Origin: an archaeon
GTDB taxonomy: Archaea > Nanobdellota > Nanobdellia > Woesearchaeales > GW2011-AR15
DNA: 64,000 nucleotides
Direction: 5' to 3'
Assembly: GCA_043826135.1 (NCBI GenBank)
Contig: JBDRQT010000059.1
Coordinates: forward strand, 31,359-95,358
The notes beneath the pieces are model-generated. The model did not search any database. It saw nothing but the letters and a program-made list of their open reading frames with translations, and had not been told where the DNA came from. Position numbers and translations under genes: made by a program. Shown here piece after piece: positions 51,682-60,634 of the stretch; position 1 is the stretch's first letter; the number at the start of each line of letters is the position of its first letter.

Positions 51682-51849
51682 ATGCAGAAACTGAAATCTT
51701 TTGCTCTGGAATGCCAGAGGGTTTTGAAAGTAACAAAAAAACCTACTGGTGAAGAGTTCAAGAATATTGTTAAAATATCTGGACTTGGTGCTCTGGTGCT
51801 TGGAGCTATAGGATTTATTCTGTTTATAATAAAAGAGATATTGGTATAA
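51682..51849 (+). CDS. secE: preprotein translocase subunit SecE (Sec61-gamma)
   Basis: 55-aa ORF below the track cutoff. MQKLKSFALECQRVLKVTKKPTGEEFKNIVKISGLGALVLGAIGFILFIIKEILV is the typical archaeal SecE; lies immediately upstream of spt5. Confidence 0.8.
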   Translation: MQKLKSFALECQRVLKVTKKPTGEEFKNIVKISGLGALVLGAIGFILFIIKEILV

Positions 51850-51850
51850 A

Positions 51851-52336
51851 ATGGAAGGAGAAATGCTATCAAAATTGTTTGCTGTTAGGACCACTGCTAA
51901 TAGAGAAGATCAGGTTATGGAGTTTCTCACAAGCAATGCTCAGAAGAAGGGACTTGGAGTCCTGTCTGTCATAAGACCTCATGGCATGAGAGGATATATT
52001 TTTGTTGAAGCAGACACAAGGCAGGATGCAGAGCAGGCAGCATTTAATATCCCCTATGCTAGAGGAGTTCTTCCAAATGATGTAAAATATAAAGAAATTG
52101 AGCATATGCTAGAACAGGTCAAAAAAGAAGTCAATATCCAGAAAAATGACATCGCTGAGATTATTTCAGGACCATTCAAAAGAGAAAAAGCCAAGATCAT
52201 AAGGGTAGACAAGGTAAAAGAGGAAGTTGTCGTTGAGCTTCTGCAGGCAGCTGTCCCTATTCCGCTCACAGTCAAGATGGACGCTGTAAAGGTCATCAGA
52301 AGAGACGGTGATGATAGTATTTCTAATGTTGAGTAG
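51851..52336 (+). CDS. spt5: transcription elongation factor Spt5 (NusG)
   Basis: NGN domain (FAVRTTANREDQV...GYIFVEA) and KOW motif (DIAEIISGPFKREKAKIIRVD). Confidence 0.88.
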   Translation: MEGEMLSKLFAVRTTANREDQVMEFLTSNAQKKGLGVLSVIRPHGMRGYIFVEADTRQDAEQAAFNIPYARGVLPNDVKYKEIEHMLEQVKKEVNIQKNDIAEIISGPFKREKAKIIRVDKVKEEVVVELLQAAVPIPLTVKMDAVKVIRRDGDDSISNVE

Positions 52337-53333
52337 TTTTTATTGTTTCTTTTAAGCAATCTGGGAAATAGGTGTATTTATATTCTTTTAAGATTAAATT
52401 AAGGATATGGCTTTTCAGATCCTCTCCCAGGATACTTCTTATCTGCATCATGACATCGTTAAGTTCATCGCCTGTCTTAATCCTTATCTCAAAACCAAAG
52501 TCATGCTCTCCAGTCAGCTCATAAAAATAAGTAACATTGGGATGGTTTGCGATGTAGGAAAAAAGAGTCATCTGCTTTTCAGTTTCGAGCTGCCTGAGTT
52601 TTAGTGAAATCAGATACCAGCTAAAGCCAAGGGATTTACTTCCAGACCACGCGCTTGGCCTGTATTTTAGGATTATTAGTTCTTCTTCCAGTTTCTTGAG
52701 ATGATATTTCAAAAGATCCCGAGAAACACTCAGCTTTGATGCCATATCCGATAAAGGCATGCGCGCATCATGAGCAAGCTCCTCAAGGATACTTATATCA
52801 ATATTTGATATTTTAAAATCACCCTCCTTTCTAATATCTTCATGTCTATCAGGATTGACAGGTGCATAGAGGAAGGGAATCTGGACAGGATGCTCTCTCT
52901 CTGCAGCATCTGAATCATAATCGCTCAGGCTTAACCCGATAAGAGATTCAATCTCTTTGATAGTATGGTTGTACTCGTGAGATTCCCTAGCAAATATCTT
53001 GATGATAATGTCGTAGTAACCTATACATTTTATGACCCAGGCAACATTCTTATGGCTTTTGAGCGTGTTTATTATCTCTTGCTCCCTTTTGTTGTCGATG
53101 CTCTTTAGCTTAAGGTAGACCATGTAGATCTTCCATCCGATCCGCTTAACATCATAGACTGAATTGAAGCCAAGGAGAAGCCCTCTTTCCAGCATCTTAT
53201 TTACCCGATAATTAACCACTTCCTTGCTCATACCGACCTTCTTTGCCACAAGCGAGAATGGTATTCTCCCATCGCGAAATAGTTCTTTGAGTATCTTCTT
53301 GTCCTTGATATCCAGCTTTAAATTTGTTCGCAT
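52323..53333 (-). CDS. tandem-wHTH Lrp/AsnC-type transcriptional regulator
   Basis: 336 aa; two HTH_AsnC-like modules (DKKILKELFRDGRIPFSLVAKKVGMSKEVVNYRVNKMLERGLL and DISILEELAHDARMPLSDMASKLSVSRDLLKYHLKKLEEE), each followed by an alpha/beta region. Confidence 0.7.
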   Translation of the reverse strand: MRTNLKLDIKDKKILKELFRDGRIPFSLVAKKVGMSKEVVNYRVNKMLERGLLLGFNSVYDVKRIGWKIYMVYLKLKSIDNKREQEIINTLKSHKNVAWVIKCIGYYDIIIKIFARESHEYNHTIKEIESLIGLSLSDYDSDAAEREHPVQIPFLYAPVNPDRHEDIRKEGDFKISNIDISILEELAHDARMPLSDMASKLSVSRDLLKYHLKKLEEELIILKYRPSAWSGSKSLGFSWYLISLKLRQLETEKQMTLFSYIANHPNVTYFYELTGEHDFGFEIRIKTGDELNDVMMQIRSILGEDLKSHILNLILKEYKYTYFPDCLKETIKTTQH

Positions 53334-53457
53334 TATATATCAAATGGGTGTTTTTATTTATATATTTTACTATTTGATAAAAAATTAAGTGAAATATTTT
53401 ATATATCCCTTAGATACTACTTTAGAATAGTTAAATACAAAGAAAGGTGATAAATAA

Positions 53458-53907
53458 ATGAAAAATGAAATGATTAGGCCGACATATTTCTGGATTGATA
53501 ATAGGGTCTATGAACTCCGATTGGCTAATGGAACCCTTATTGCAGAAGATCCAATACTTGAAAGCCAACTTGAAGGAGCGCTTATTAAATTTGCCTCCGG
53601 GCACACTTTAAAAACCCATAGTGCTAAGGTGATGGACCTGATTGAAAGGTCAAACGAAGTAACGGACGATAATCTTGCAGGTTATTTCAATAAAAAAACT
53701 GAAGTTATATATTCGATGATACTTGCAAGCGATGAGTTTGGAGTCGAATCAATTCGAAGTAAGCAAAATGCGTCACTAATGGGTCTGATTATGAGACATC
53801 AACCTCTAAATTGTTATGTATTATCATCCCAATCATATCATAACAGCGCATTTAACGACGAAGGGTTCAAAATACCAGGAGTTGCTGTATTTAAACGAAT
53901 GAAGTAA
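53458..53907 (+). CDS. hypothetical protein
   Basis: 149-aa ORF preceded by AAAGGTGAT; no motif recognised. Confidence 0.45.
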   Translation: MKNEMIRPTYFWIDNRVYELRLANGTLIAEDPILESQLEGALIKFASGHTLKTHSAKVMDLIERSNEVTDDNLAGYFNKKTEVIYSMILASDEFGVESIRSKQNASLMGLIMRHQPLNCYVLSSQSYHNSAFNDEGFKIPGVAVFKRMK

Positions 53908-54007
53908 TTTTCTTTCTAATATTATTTATTTTATTGTTGATGCAGTGCGGCTGTATCCCGAACTTTGCCGCAATCTTTATAAATCACTGGGATTTTCTTG
54001 AGGAGGA

Positions 54008-54283
54008 ATGGAAGAAGAAATAGGTGTTTTAAGCGAAGTCAAGAAGAACCTTAAGACTAAAAAATTAGTCTATGGCAGTGAGACAACCATGAAAGCACTG
54101 AAGGCAAGTAAACTCTCAAAGGTGTTTATAGCAACAAACGCACCCAAGAATGTTGCTGATGATCTGGCACACTATCAGAAACTGACAGGTGTTCAGGTGG
54201 TTGACGCAGGGATGCGCAATGACGAGCTTGGAGTCTATTGCAAAAAGACTTTTAGGGTTTCGATAATTGGGCTTTTGAAATAA
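54008..54283 (+). CDS. rpl30e: 50S ribosomal protein L30e
   Basis: KLVYGSETTMKALKASKLSKVFIATNAPKNVADDLAHY...ELGVYCKKTFRVSIIGL; GAGGAGG SD. Confidence 0.85.
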   Translation: MEEEIGVLSEVKKNLKTKKLVYGSETTMKALKASKLSKVFIATNAPKNVADDLAHYQKLTGVQVVDAGMRNDELGVYCKKTFRVSIIGLLK

Positions 54284-54285
54284 AC

Positions 54286-54705
54286 ATGTCAAAGATAACA
54301 TATAATGCTGACAGCTTAAAACTTATGTCTTTGTTCGAAAACGTCACCAGGACAAGGATAAAGGATTATTTCGTTGATGACAACGACATCACGACTTTCG
54401 TTGTCGATGAAGTGTTCCTGGGAAAGGCCATCGGTAAACAAGCAGTGAACGTCAAAAAGCTCGAGCAGATGCTTGGTAAAAGAATAAGAATGATTGGCTT
54501 TAACCAAGACCCAGCAAAATTTGCCAAAAATCTTATATATCCGATGAAGGCAGAAATTGAGGTCAAGGAAAATATTATTTATTTGAAAGGCGATAGCAGT
54601 TCCACGAAAGCGATGCTAATCGGAAGAAACCAGTCAAATATAAAGAATAACTTAAATATAATCAAAAAATATTTCAAAGAAATCGTTGGATTAAAGGTTG
54701 TATAA
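54286..54705 (+). CDS. nusA: archaeal NusA-like KH-domain transcription termination factor
   Basis: 139 aa; two KH-like units (GKAIGKQAVNVKKLEQMLGKRI; LIGRNQSNIKNNLNIIKKYF); conserved position between L30e and S12. Confidence 0.85.
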   Translation: MSKITYNADSLKLMSLFENVTRTRIKDYFVDDNDITTFVVDEVFLGKAIGKQAVNVKKLEQMLGKRIRMIGFNQDPAKFAKNLIYPMKAEIEVKENIIYLKGDSSSTKAMLIGRNQSNIKNNLNIIKKYFKEIVGLKVV

Positions 54706-55143
54706 ATGGGAAAAAAGACAAATGGAATAAATGCAGGCGCTAAGCTTGTTGAAAGAAGAAAAAAAGGTAGATGGCAGGATATTGTATACAAGAGACATGC
54801 TCTTGAACTCAGAAAGAAATCTGATCCACTTGGAGGAGTATCCCAAGCTAACGGTATTGTCATTGAAAAAACCCAGGTTGAAAGGAAGCAACCTCACTCA
54901 GGACTTATCAAATGCGCCAAAGTTCAGCTTATTAAGAATGGAAAGCAGGTAACTGCCTTTTTGCCAGGTGACGGCGCAACAAAGTTTGTTGATGAGCACG
55001 ATGAAGTTATGATTGAATGCATCGGCGGCGCAAAAGGAAGATCTAAAGGAGATATTCCTGGAGTCAGATGGAGAGTAATCAAAGTTAATGATCAGTCACT
55101 AACCGCACTTATTCACGGTAAATTGGAGAAGGCTAGAAAATGA
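54706..55143 (+). CDS. rps12: 30S ribosomal protein S12
   Basis: [51 protein letters not shown]...[12 protein letters not shown]. Confidence 0.93.
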   Translation: MGKKTNGINAGAKLVERRKKGRWQDIVYKRHALELRKKSDPLGGVSQANGIVIEKTQVERKQPHSGLIKCAKVQLIKNGKQVTAFLPGDGATKFVDEHDEVMIECIGGAKGRSKGDIPGVRWRVIKVNDQSLTALIHGKLEKARK

Positions 55144-55197
55144 TAAAAATTGAAACGATTTTTAGCATGTCAAAAATCATTCGAGGTGATTTTTAAC

Positions 55198-55797
55198 ATG
55201 AGCACCATAAAAGCATTCAACAGATGGTCATGTGATGGGATAGAAGTGTCTGATATAGGACTCAAAAAATATATATCAGTTAAGCCAACAATTGTTCCAA
55301 GGACTGGCGCAAAGTATGCAGGCAAGAGGTTCCATAAGTCGAGGATTTTTGTTGTCGAGAGGCTCATGAACAAACTGATGGTTTCCGGACATAAGTCAAA
55401 AAAACACATGATTTCATCTGGAAGAAACACAGGAAAAGCATTGTCGGCGTATAAGATTGTGGAAGATGCGTTTATGCTAATTGAGAAAAAAACAGGTAAG
55501 AATCCGATTGGTGTTTTTGTAAAAGCTGTTGAGAACGCTGCTCCAAGAGAAGAAATAATCACAATTGAGTATGGTGGCGCTAGATATCCAAAAGCTGTTG
55601 AAGTTGCTCCTCAAAGAAGAGTGGATCAGGTACTAAAGTACATGGTACAGGGAGTATACCAAAAATCCTATGATAGTAGGAAAAGCGCTGTTGACAATCT
55701 TGTTGATGAGATAATTAATGCTTATAATATGAGCACAAATTCGACTGCCCTCTCAAAAAAACTAGAGATGGAAAGACAGTCAGACAGTTCCAGGTAA
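55198..55797 (+). CDS. rps7: 30S ribosomal protein S7
   Basis: AFNRWSCDGIEVSDIGLKKYI...VERLMNKLM...AVENAAPREE...GGARYPKAVEVAPQRRVD; start set to the ATG 8 nt after GAGGTGAT (the track start at 55150 is an upstream TTG). Confidence 0.9.
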   Translation: MSTIKAFNRWSCDGIEVSDIGLKKYISVKPTIVPRTGAKYAGKRFHKSRIFVVERLMNKLMVSGHKSKKHMISSGRNTGKALSAYKIVEDAFMLIEKKTGKNPIGVFVKAVENAAPREEIITIEYGGARYPKAVEVAPQRRVDQVLKYMVQGVYQKSYDSRKSAVDNLVDEIINAYNMSTNSTALSKKLEMERQSDSSR

Positions 55798-55898
55798 ATT
55801 TTTTCTATTATCTTTATTATATCTTTTATATGAAAATCTATGAAAAATAATTTTTTCAAACACAATTTGAAATTATTAATAGAAAAAGAAAAATAAAT

Positions 55899-56765
55899 CT
55901 ACTTCTTGGATTTCCAATTTTCTTTTAACGGAATAATTCCTGCCAGATCACCAATCATGTTAACGAGTTGAGCATCTCCAGGTACAACAATCTTTGTATT
56001 GTTTGAAAGAGATGTTTCCACTGTCTCAAGCCTTCTCAGAAGCTGCGCATTTCCAACAAAGTATTTGTTGGCTGATTCATTTACGAGCTTGATTGCCTGC
56101 GCCTGACCTTCTGCCTCTAAAACAGTTGCTTCCCTGACTCCTTCAGCTTCCTTGATTTTTGCCATTCTAAGTCCATCTGCCTGGGTCTGGGCAGCAAGAG
56201 CATAATCTTTTGCTGCGATTTTTTCATTCTCTGCTTTGACAACCTTGTTCATTGTGTCCTGCACATCTTTTGGAGGATCTATCTCTTTTAGTTCTGCTCT
56301 GACAACGTCAAGACCCCAGTGCTTTGTCTCCTGTGCGAGTGTTTTCATAAGTTCCATATTTATCTTATCTCTTTCGCTGTTCGCTGACTTCAAAGTCAAT
56401 GTTCCGATGATATTTCTAAGTGTAGTTCTGGCAAGGCTGACAATTTGCACCTGATAATTGTAAACATTATAGACAGCTGCTTTAACAGACTCTTCATCCG
56501 GCCTTACTCTGAAATAAATCTGAGCATCCACCCTTGCGTTCAGGTTATCATTTGTGATTATTTCCTGAGGCTCAGCATCCATCATCTGCTCTGTTACATT
56601 TATCTGGTACATCTTATCAATACCAGGTATAACCCAATGGAATCCCGGATGCGCGAAATGGTTGTATCTTCCAAACCTTTCAACCATGCCTCTGTGCGTT
56701 GGTCTAACTATCCTAATTCCCATAAAGAAAATTATTACACCCAATATTAACCATGGTAATATCAT
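55899..56765 (-). CDS. SPFH/band-7 (stomatin/prohibitin-like) membrane protein
   Basis: N-terminal TM helix then IRIVRPTHRGMVERFGRY...ITNDNLNARVDAQIYFRV...ARTTLRNIIG...WGLDVVRAELKEIDPP; start set to ATG 56765, preceded by GGGGTGA. Confidence 0.85.
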   Translation of the reverse strand: MILPWLILGVIIFFMGIRIVRPTHRGMVERFGRYNHFAHPGFHWVIPGIDKMYQINVTEQMMDAEPQEIITNDNLNARVDAQIYFRVRPDEESVKAAVYNVYNYQVQIVSLARTTLRNIIGTLTLKSANSERDKINMELMKTLAQETKHWGLDVVRAELKEIDPPKDVQDTMNKVVKAENEKIAAKDYALAAQTQADGLRMAKIKEAEGVREATVLEAEGQAQAIKLVNESANKYFVGNAQLLRRLETVETSLSNNTKIVVPGDAQLVNMIGDLAGIIPLKENWKSKK

Positions 56766-57025
56766 TTTTACTTCACCCCAGATTGTGTTATTTGGGTTTG
56801 GCTTATAAATGTTTTGAAAGTTTAATTGAAAGATATTTAATAAGATTCTATTAGGTGTGGTCACAGTGAGTCACGCACTTTCGTTGGATGATCGCTTACC
56901 CTTGCACATCTTTTGGAGAATTATGCGGAGAATAGGTTCCGCCGGTAGCAAGAATGTTGCGAGATAGGCGGACTATAAAAAATTTGTAGTTCATCCGACT
57001 ATCCATCAAACAAAAATATAAAAAC

Positions 57026-57637
57026 ATGCATCCAAATCATCCTATGATGCGTTATCCAACAATCAAAGAATGTCTTCAGTGGTATGTTGATCAAAAAACA
57101 CCAGATAACATAATCAAACACGTCAAGGTAGTGAGGAAGGTTGCTGTATTTCTTGCAAATGAGCTCAAGAAAAAAGGGATCAAAATCAATATCAAAGCCG
57201 TTGATAGGGCAGCACTTTTGCATGACCTTGATAAATGGATATCTTTGAATAATAAATCAATTGTTCATGGAAAAGAAACTGAAAGAATTCTAACTGAAAA
57301 AGGCTATCCTTATCTTGGTTTTCTTGCAAAACAGCAGAGGAGCGATATCCTTGAAAAACCATATAAGACCTGGGAAGAGAAAATCGTGTCATACGCAGAC
57401 AAAAGGGTTCAGCAGGAGACGATAGTCAGCATCCAGCAAAGGATTGACTATGCAATAAAAAGATACAATGATATTTCTCTTGAAGACAGGAAGAAGGAGC
57501 TTGAATATGTTCTTGAGATAGAAAAACAGATATTTGATTTATTAGGATATAAACCTGATGACTTCAAAAATAAATTAAATAAAAAAACTTATTCCATCAT
57601 GACATCGTCAACCATCATCTCAGGTCCGCCTCTGTAG
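57026..57637 (+). CDS. HD-domain phosphohydrolase
   Basis: H...HD...D pattern (IIKHVKVV...AALLHDLDKW...YADKRV); 49-nt convergent overlap with the next gene. Confidence 0.65.
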   Translation: MHPNHPMMRYPTIKECLQWYVDQKTPDNIIKHVKVVRKVAVFLANELKKKGIKINIKAVDRAALLHDLDKWISLNNKSIVHGKETERILTEKGYPYLGFLAKQQRSDILEKPYKTWEEKIVSYADKRVQQETIVSIQQRIDYAIKRYNDISLEDRKKELEYVLEIEKQIFDLLGYKPDDFKNKLNKKTYSIMTSSTIISGPPL

Positions 57638-59748
57638 TAAGGCTGATATCTGTATCCTTCATAAGGCAGATCGACTTCTCCAATCTCATCTAATGTACCC
57701 AGGTCATTCATCTTGATCTTGCCCAATGAGATTGTATACAGCACATCATCCATGAAAAGCGACCTTCTGACGCTCAGCTCATTACTGTAATAGGAATCTT
57801 CCCATGTCTCAGCGTGTGTTATTTTTCCTTTTTTTGCAAGGCTACTGTCTGTTATTGTAAAGACATATGCACCCTGCCAGATATCTGATGTGTAGTAGCC
57901 ATACCTCGGATCATACTTTCTCTGGCTCCTGACTTCCCTGATTGGAATTACGAGAAGGTTTTTCTTTTTGTCAAATAGGAATGCCTTGTGATCATATAGA
58001 GCTTCAGAATCAGTTCCCTGAGTTCCTATCACTACCTGATCAACTTGTTTTGGGTTCTCAACATCAGTCACATCAAACAATGCAATCTTTACTCCTTTTG
58101 TCGATATGCCTCCCCACTCATTCTCTCCTGTATCCTTGCCCACACCGATTAAATGATTCTCATCATAAGGATGCAGATAATCTGAAAAGCCCGGGATCTT
58201 TAGTTCTCCAAGTATTTTTGGTTTCTGTGAGTTTGACAGATCTATGACAAACAATGGGTCCATCCTCTTGAAGGTAACCATGTATAATCTATCTCCCATG
58301 AATCTTGTAGAGTAGATTCTTTCATCCGGAGCAATTTTTTCAAGTTTTCCTGAAATTTCCATATTGCTATCCAAGACATATACATTATTGTATTGGACGC
58401 TTCCCTTCTGTGTCCATGTATCAAAAGTTGTTGCGACCCTAAGATTTCCTTCAAACTCATCTAAAGAGAACTGGTTTAGCAGATATCCTTTGACCTCGCC
58501 TCTTTTATCATAGGTGATTTTTCCGTTATCGATGTTGATTTTATGGATGATTGTCTTTCTTCTCTCCTCTTCCATCCTAATCTCATATTCCTGCACTGCT
58601 TCATTAGACTTTTCCATCAATACGTCTTTCTCATCTTCATCCATATTATTGTACATCTCTTCAATTTCTGCAGAAATCTTATCCCATTTAAGGTATTCAT
58701 TGTCAGAACTGGATTTTATCTCATTTATCTTCCCACTAACATCTGATGGAAGCAACGGCAGTACAACTTCATAGAACCTCTCAGCACTGTTTTCGTTATA
58801 ATACCTGTATGGAAGATTTTTTTGATAAGTGATATACATGTTATCTTCTGATACAAAGATTGTGTTTGAATATCCCATCATGAATGTTTTCGCGTCAACG
58901 TCTCCGTTTTTTAGGTTCAGTGACATCACTGTGTTGAAATTATAACTATATTCAGGATTGTCAAAATAATACACATCTGGCATCAGAATCACTTTAGATG
59001 ATTCTCTTACAGTTGGCATGTCGATGAAATGGTTTGAGTAATAGACATTATCCTGCGCAACGATATATGCATAGTCTCCGATCATCCTGCTTGTGACATA
59101 GCTTCCTTTCAGATCAAACTCATGCTGAAGTTTTGGATCTTCTCTATCACTTACATCATATACGAGCGCCTTTGTTACGGTCTTATATATTGGCCTGGGG
59201 ATAATATCATACTCTGGAAATGCATAAACCTGATCATCTGCCTGCGTAAAAACCACAATGGTATCTCCACTCAGGAACAATTCTCTTGGGTACCCTTCAA
59301 TATCTGTTTCAGACACAATGTCGGCATCTTCAGCCGGATATGCGTTTACAATAACCAGATTATTTTCAACGATCATATAGATGTATTTTCCGTCATTTTT
59401 CACAAAATCTGCTTCGTCCACTCCTTCTACCTGAACATTTGTCGTAGAATAATCAGTTGCCGACGCATCCGATGACTCTATCATAGCAGCCTGAGGAGCA
59501 GCTGCTTTATCCATCGTTGCAGTCTCCATCATTCCTCTCCCACCACCAAATCCATAATTTACAGAGTCCGACGTCTCTATTGAATCGAGAAAATCCATCA
59601 ATTCAGCTCTTGTGCTAAATTTCTTTAATTCATCTGTTCCCTGCAACTCAACTGATATTGCAGGATTTTCAGTCTGCTTTGGTATTTCTTTGCATGCTGC
59701 AAAAAGCAATGTTAATATCATAAATGCGAAAATATATTGTTTTTTCAT
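57589..59748 (-). CDS. secreted beta-propeller-domain lipoprotein
   Basis: MKKQYIFAFMILTLLFAAC (lipobox-like LFAAC); YSTTNVQVEGVDEADFVKNDGKYIY is the hallmark start of the archaeal/Firmicute 'beta propeller domain' family; start set to the ATG preceded by AGGTGA. Confidence 0.7.
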   Translation of the reverse strand: MKKQYIFAFMILTLLFAACKEIPKQTENPAISVELQGTDELKKFSTRAELMDFLDSIETSDSVNYGFGGGRGMMETATMDKAAAPQAAMIESSDASATDYSTTNVQVEGVDEADFVKNDGKYIYMIVENNLVIVNAYPAEDADIVSETDIEGYPRELFLSGDTIVVFTQADDQVYAFPEYDIIPRPIYKTVTKALVYDVSDREDPKLQHEFDLKGSYVTSRMIGDYAYIVAQDNVYYSNHFIDMPTVRESSKVILMPDVYYFDNPEYSYNFNTVMSLNLKNGDVDAKTFMMGYSNTIFVSEDNMYITYQKNLPYRYYNENSAERFYEVVLPLLPSDVSGKINEIKSSSDNEYLKWDKISAEIEEMYNNMDEDEKDVLMEKSNEAVQEYEIRMEEERRKTIIHKINIDNGKITYDKRGEVKGYLLNQFSLDEFEGNLRVATTFDTWTQKGSVQYNNVYVLDSNMEISGKLEKIAPDERIYSTRFMGDRLYMVTFKRMDPLFVIDLSNSQKPKILGELKIPGFSDYLHPYDENHLIGVGKDTGENEWGGISTKGVKIALFDVTDVENPKQVDQVVIGTQGTDSEALYDHKAFLFDKKKNLLVIPIREVRSQRKYDPRYGYYTSDIWQGAYVFTITDSSLAKKGKITHAETWEDSYYSNELSVRRSLFMDDVLYTISLGKIKMNDLGTLDEIGEVDLPYEGYRYQPYYRGGPEMMVDDVMME

Positions 59749-59842
59749 TTTCTCACCTTTATAGTCCATAAATTGATTTTGATGATATATGTAAAACACA
59801 TCCATCTAATATATGTTTGGTAAGGTTCAACTGAAGTTGAAG

Positions 59843-60547
59843 CTATTCCACATCCAAAATATTCTTAAGTGCTTTTATTTCAAGTTGATTAAGAGTTGAG
59901 CTTGCTCTCCCTACAAGTTTTTTTGCAGCCACACTAACTAAGTGCTTATCTGCATCCTTTGTTGTATTAGAGTTAAAGATTGAAAGAAATGGATGATTAA
60001 TAATATTCCCATCTTCTGACAATATACATGTAGCAACCTGCAAATATGCATAGTTACGATAAGTATTTGTTGCAGGATAAATACTGTAGCCTTCATTTCT
60101 GATTGAGAGAATAATTTGCTCAACTGCAGATAATTCATTTTCTTTTACATAGAATGGCAGAGCATCAATTCTTATCGCATCCTGCAGATAATTAGGTATG
60201 GGCTGCATTGTTTTTTTTTGTATAAATTCCTCAACTTGAATTAAATATTTTTCAATTGATCCAAAGTAAGTTTCCTCTTGTTTTCTAACAACTGATTGCA
60301 TCACCATATCTGATACTATTGAGGACGCCCCATTACCAATTATGGCACCAAACAAAGCTCCAAATGCTGCAACTGTTGGTCCTCCAAATAATCCCAAACC
60401 ACCTACTAACACAGCTCCTGCTAAGGGACTTAAACATCCAAAGGACATGTCATATTCTCTTGGCCTGACATGCTGTGCCATTACTAACCCATAGGGTTTG
60501 CCATCATATAGGTAAATATTGTATTTCTGCACCAAATTCGTGTCCAT
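59843..60547 (-). CDS. hypothetical protein with glycine-zipper membrane segment
   Basis: 234 aa; GAVLVGGLGLFGGPTVAAFGALFGAIIGNGASS. Confidence 0.45.
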   Translation of the reverse strand: MDTNLVQKYNIYLYDGKPYGLVMAQHVRPREYDMSFGCLSPLAGAVLVGGLGLFGGPTVAAFGALFGAIIGNGASSIVSDMVMQSVVRKQEETYFGSIEKYLIQVEEFIQKKTMQPIPNYLQDAIRIDALPFYVKENELSAVEQIILSIRNEGYSIYPATNTYRNYAYLQVATCILSEDGNIINHPFLSIFNSNTTKDADKHLVSVAAKKLVGRASSTLNQLEIKALKNILDVE

Positions 60548-60634
60548 AATCTTTAGAAATTTTCTAAGTTAAAAATAGTATCGCATGAAAAGATATTCGA
60601 TACAATCAAAGACTATTGAGAGCTTTGGAACACG

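Noticed and set aside
55150-55197. Upstream TTG-initiated extension of rps7, and the analogous 56766..56864 extension of the SPFH gene
   Set aside because: Internal ATGs are preceded by strong GAGGTGAT / GGGGTGA SD motifs and give canonical N-termini. The extensions have no homology-like features.
56857-56967. 36-codon GTG-initiated ORF across the GC-rich intergenic island
   Set aside because: It is too short, has no separate SD (the GTG lies inside the only AGGTG), and its peptide composition is unremarkable. A structured RNA is a better explanation.
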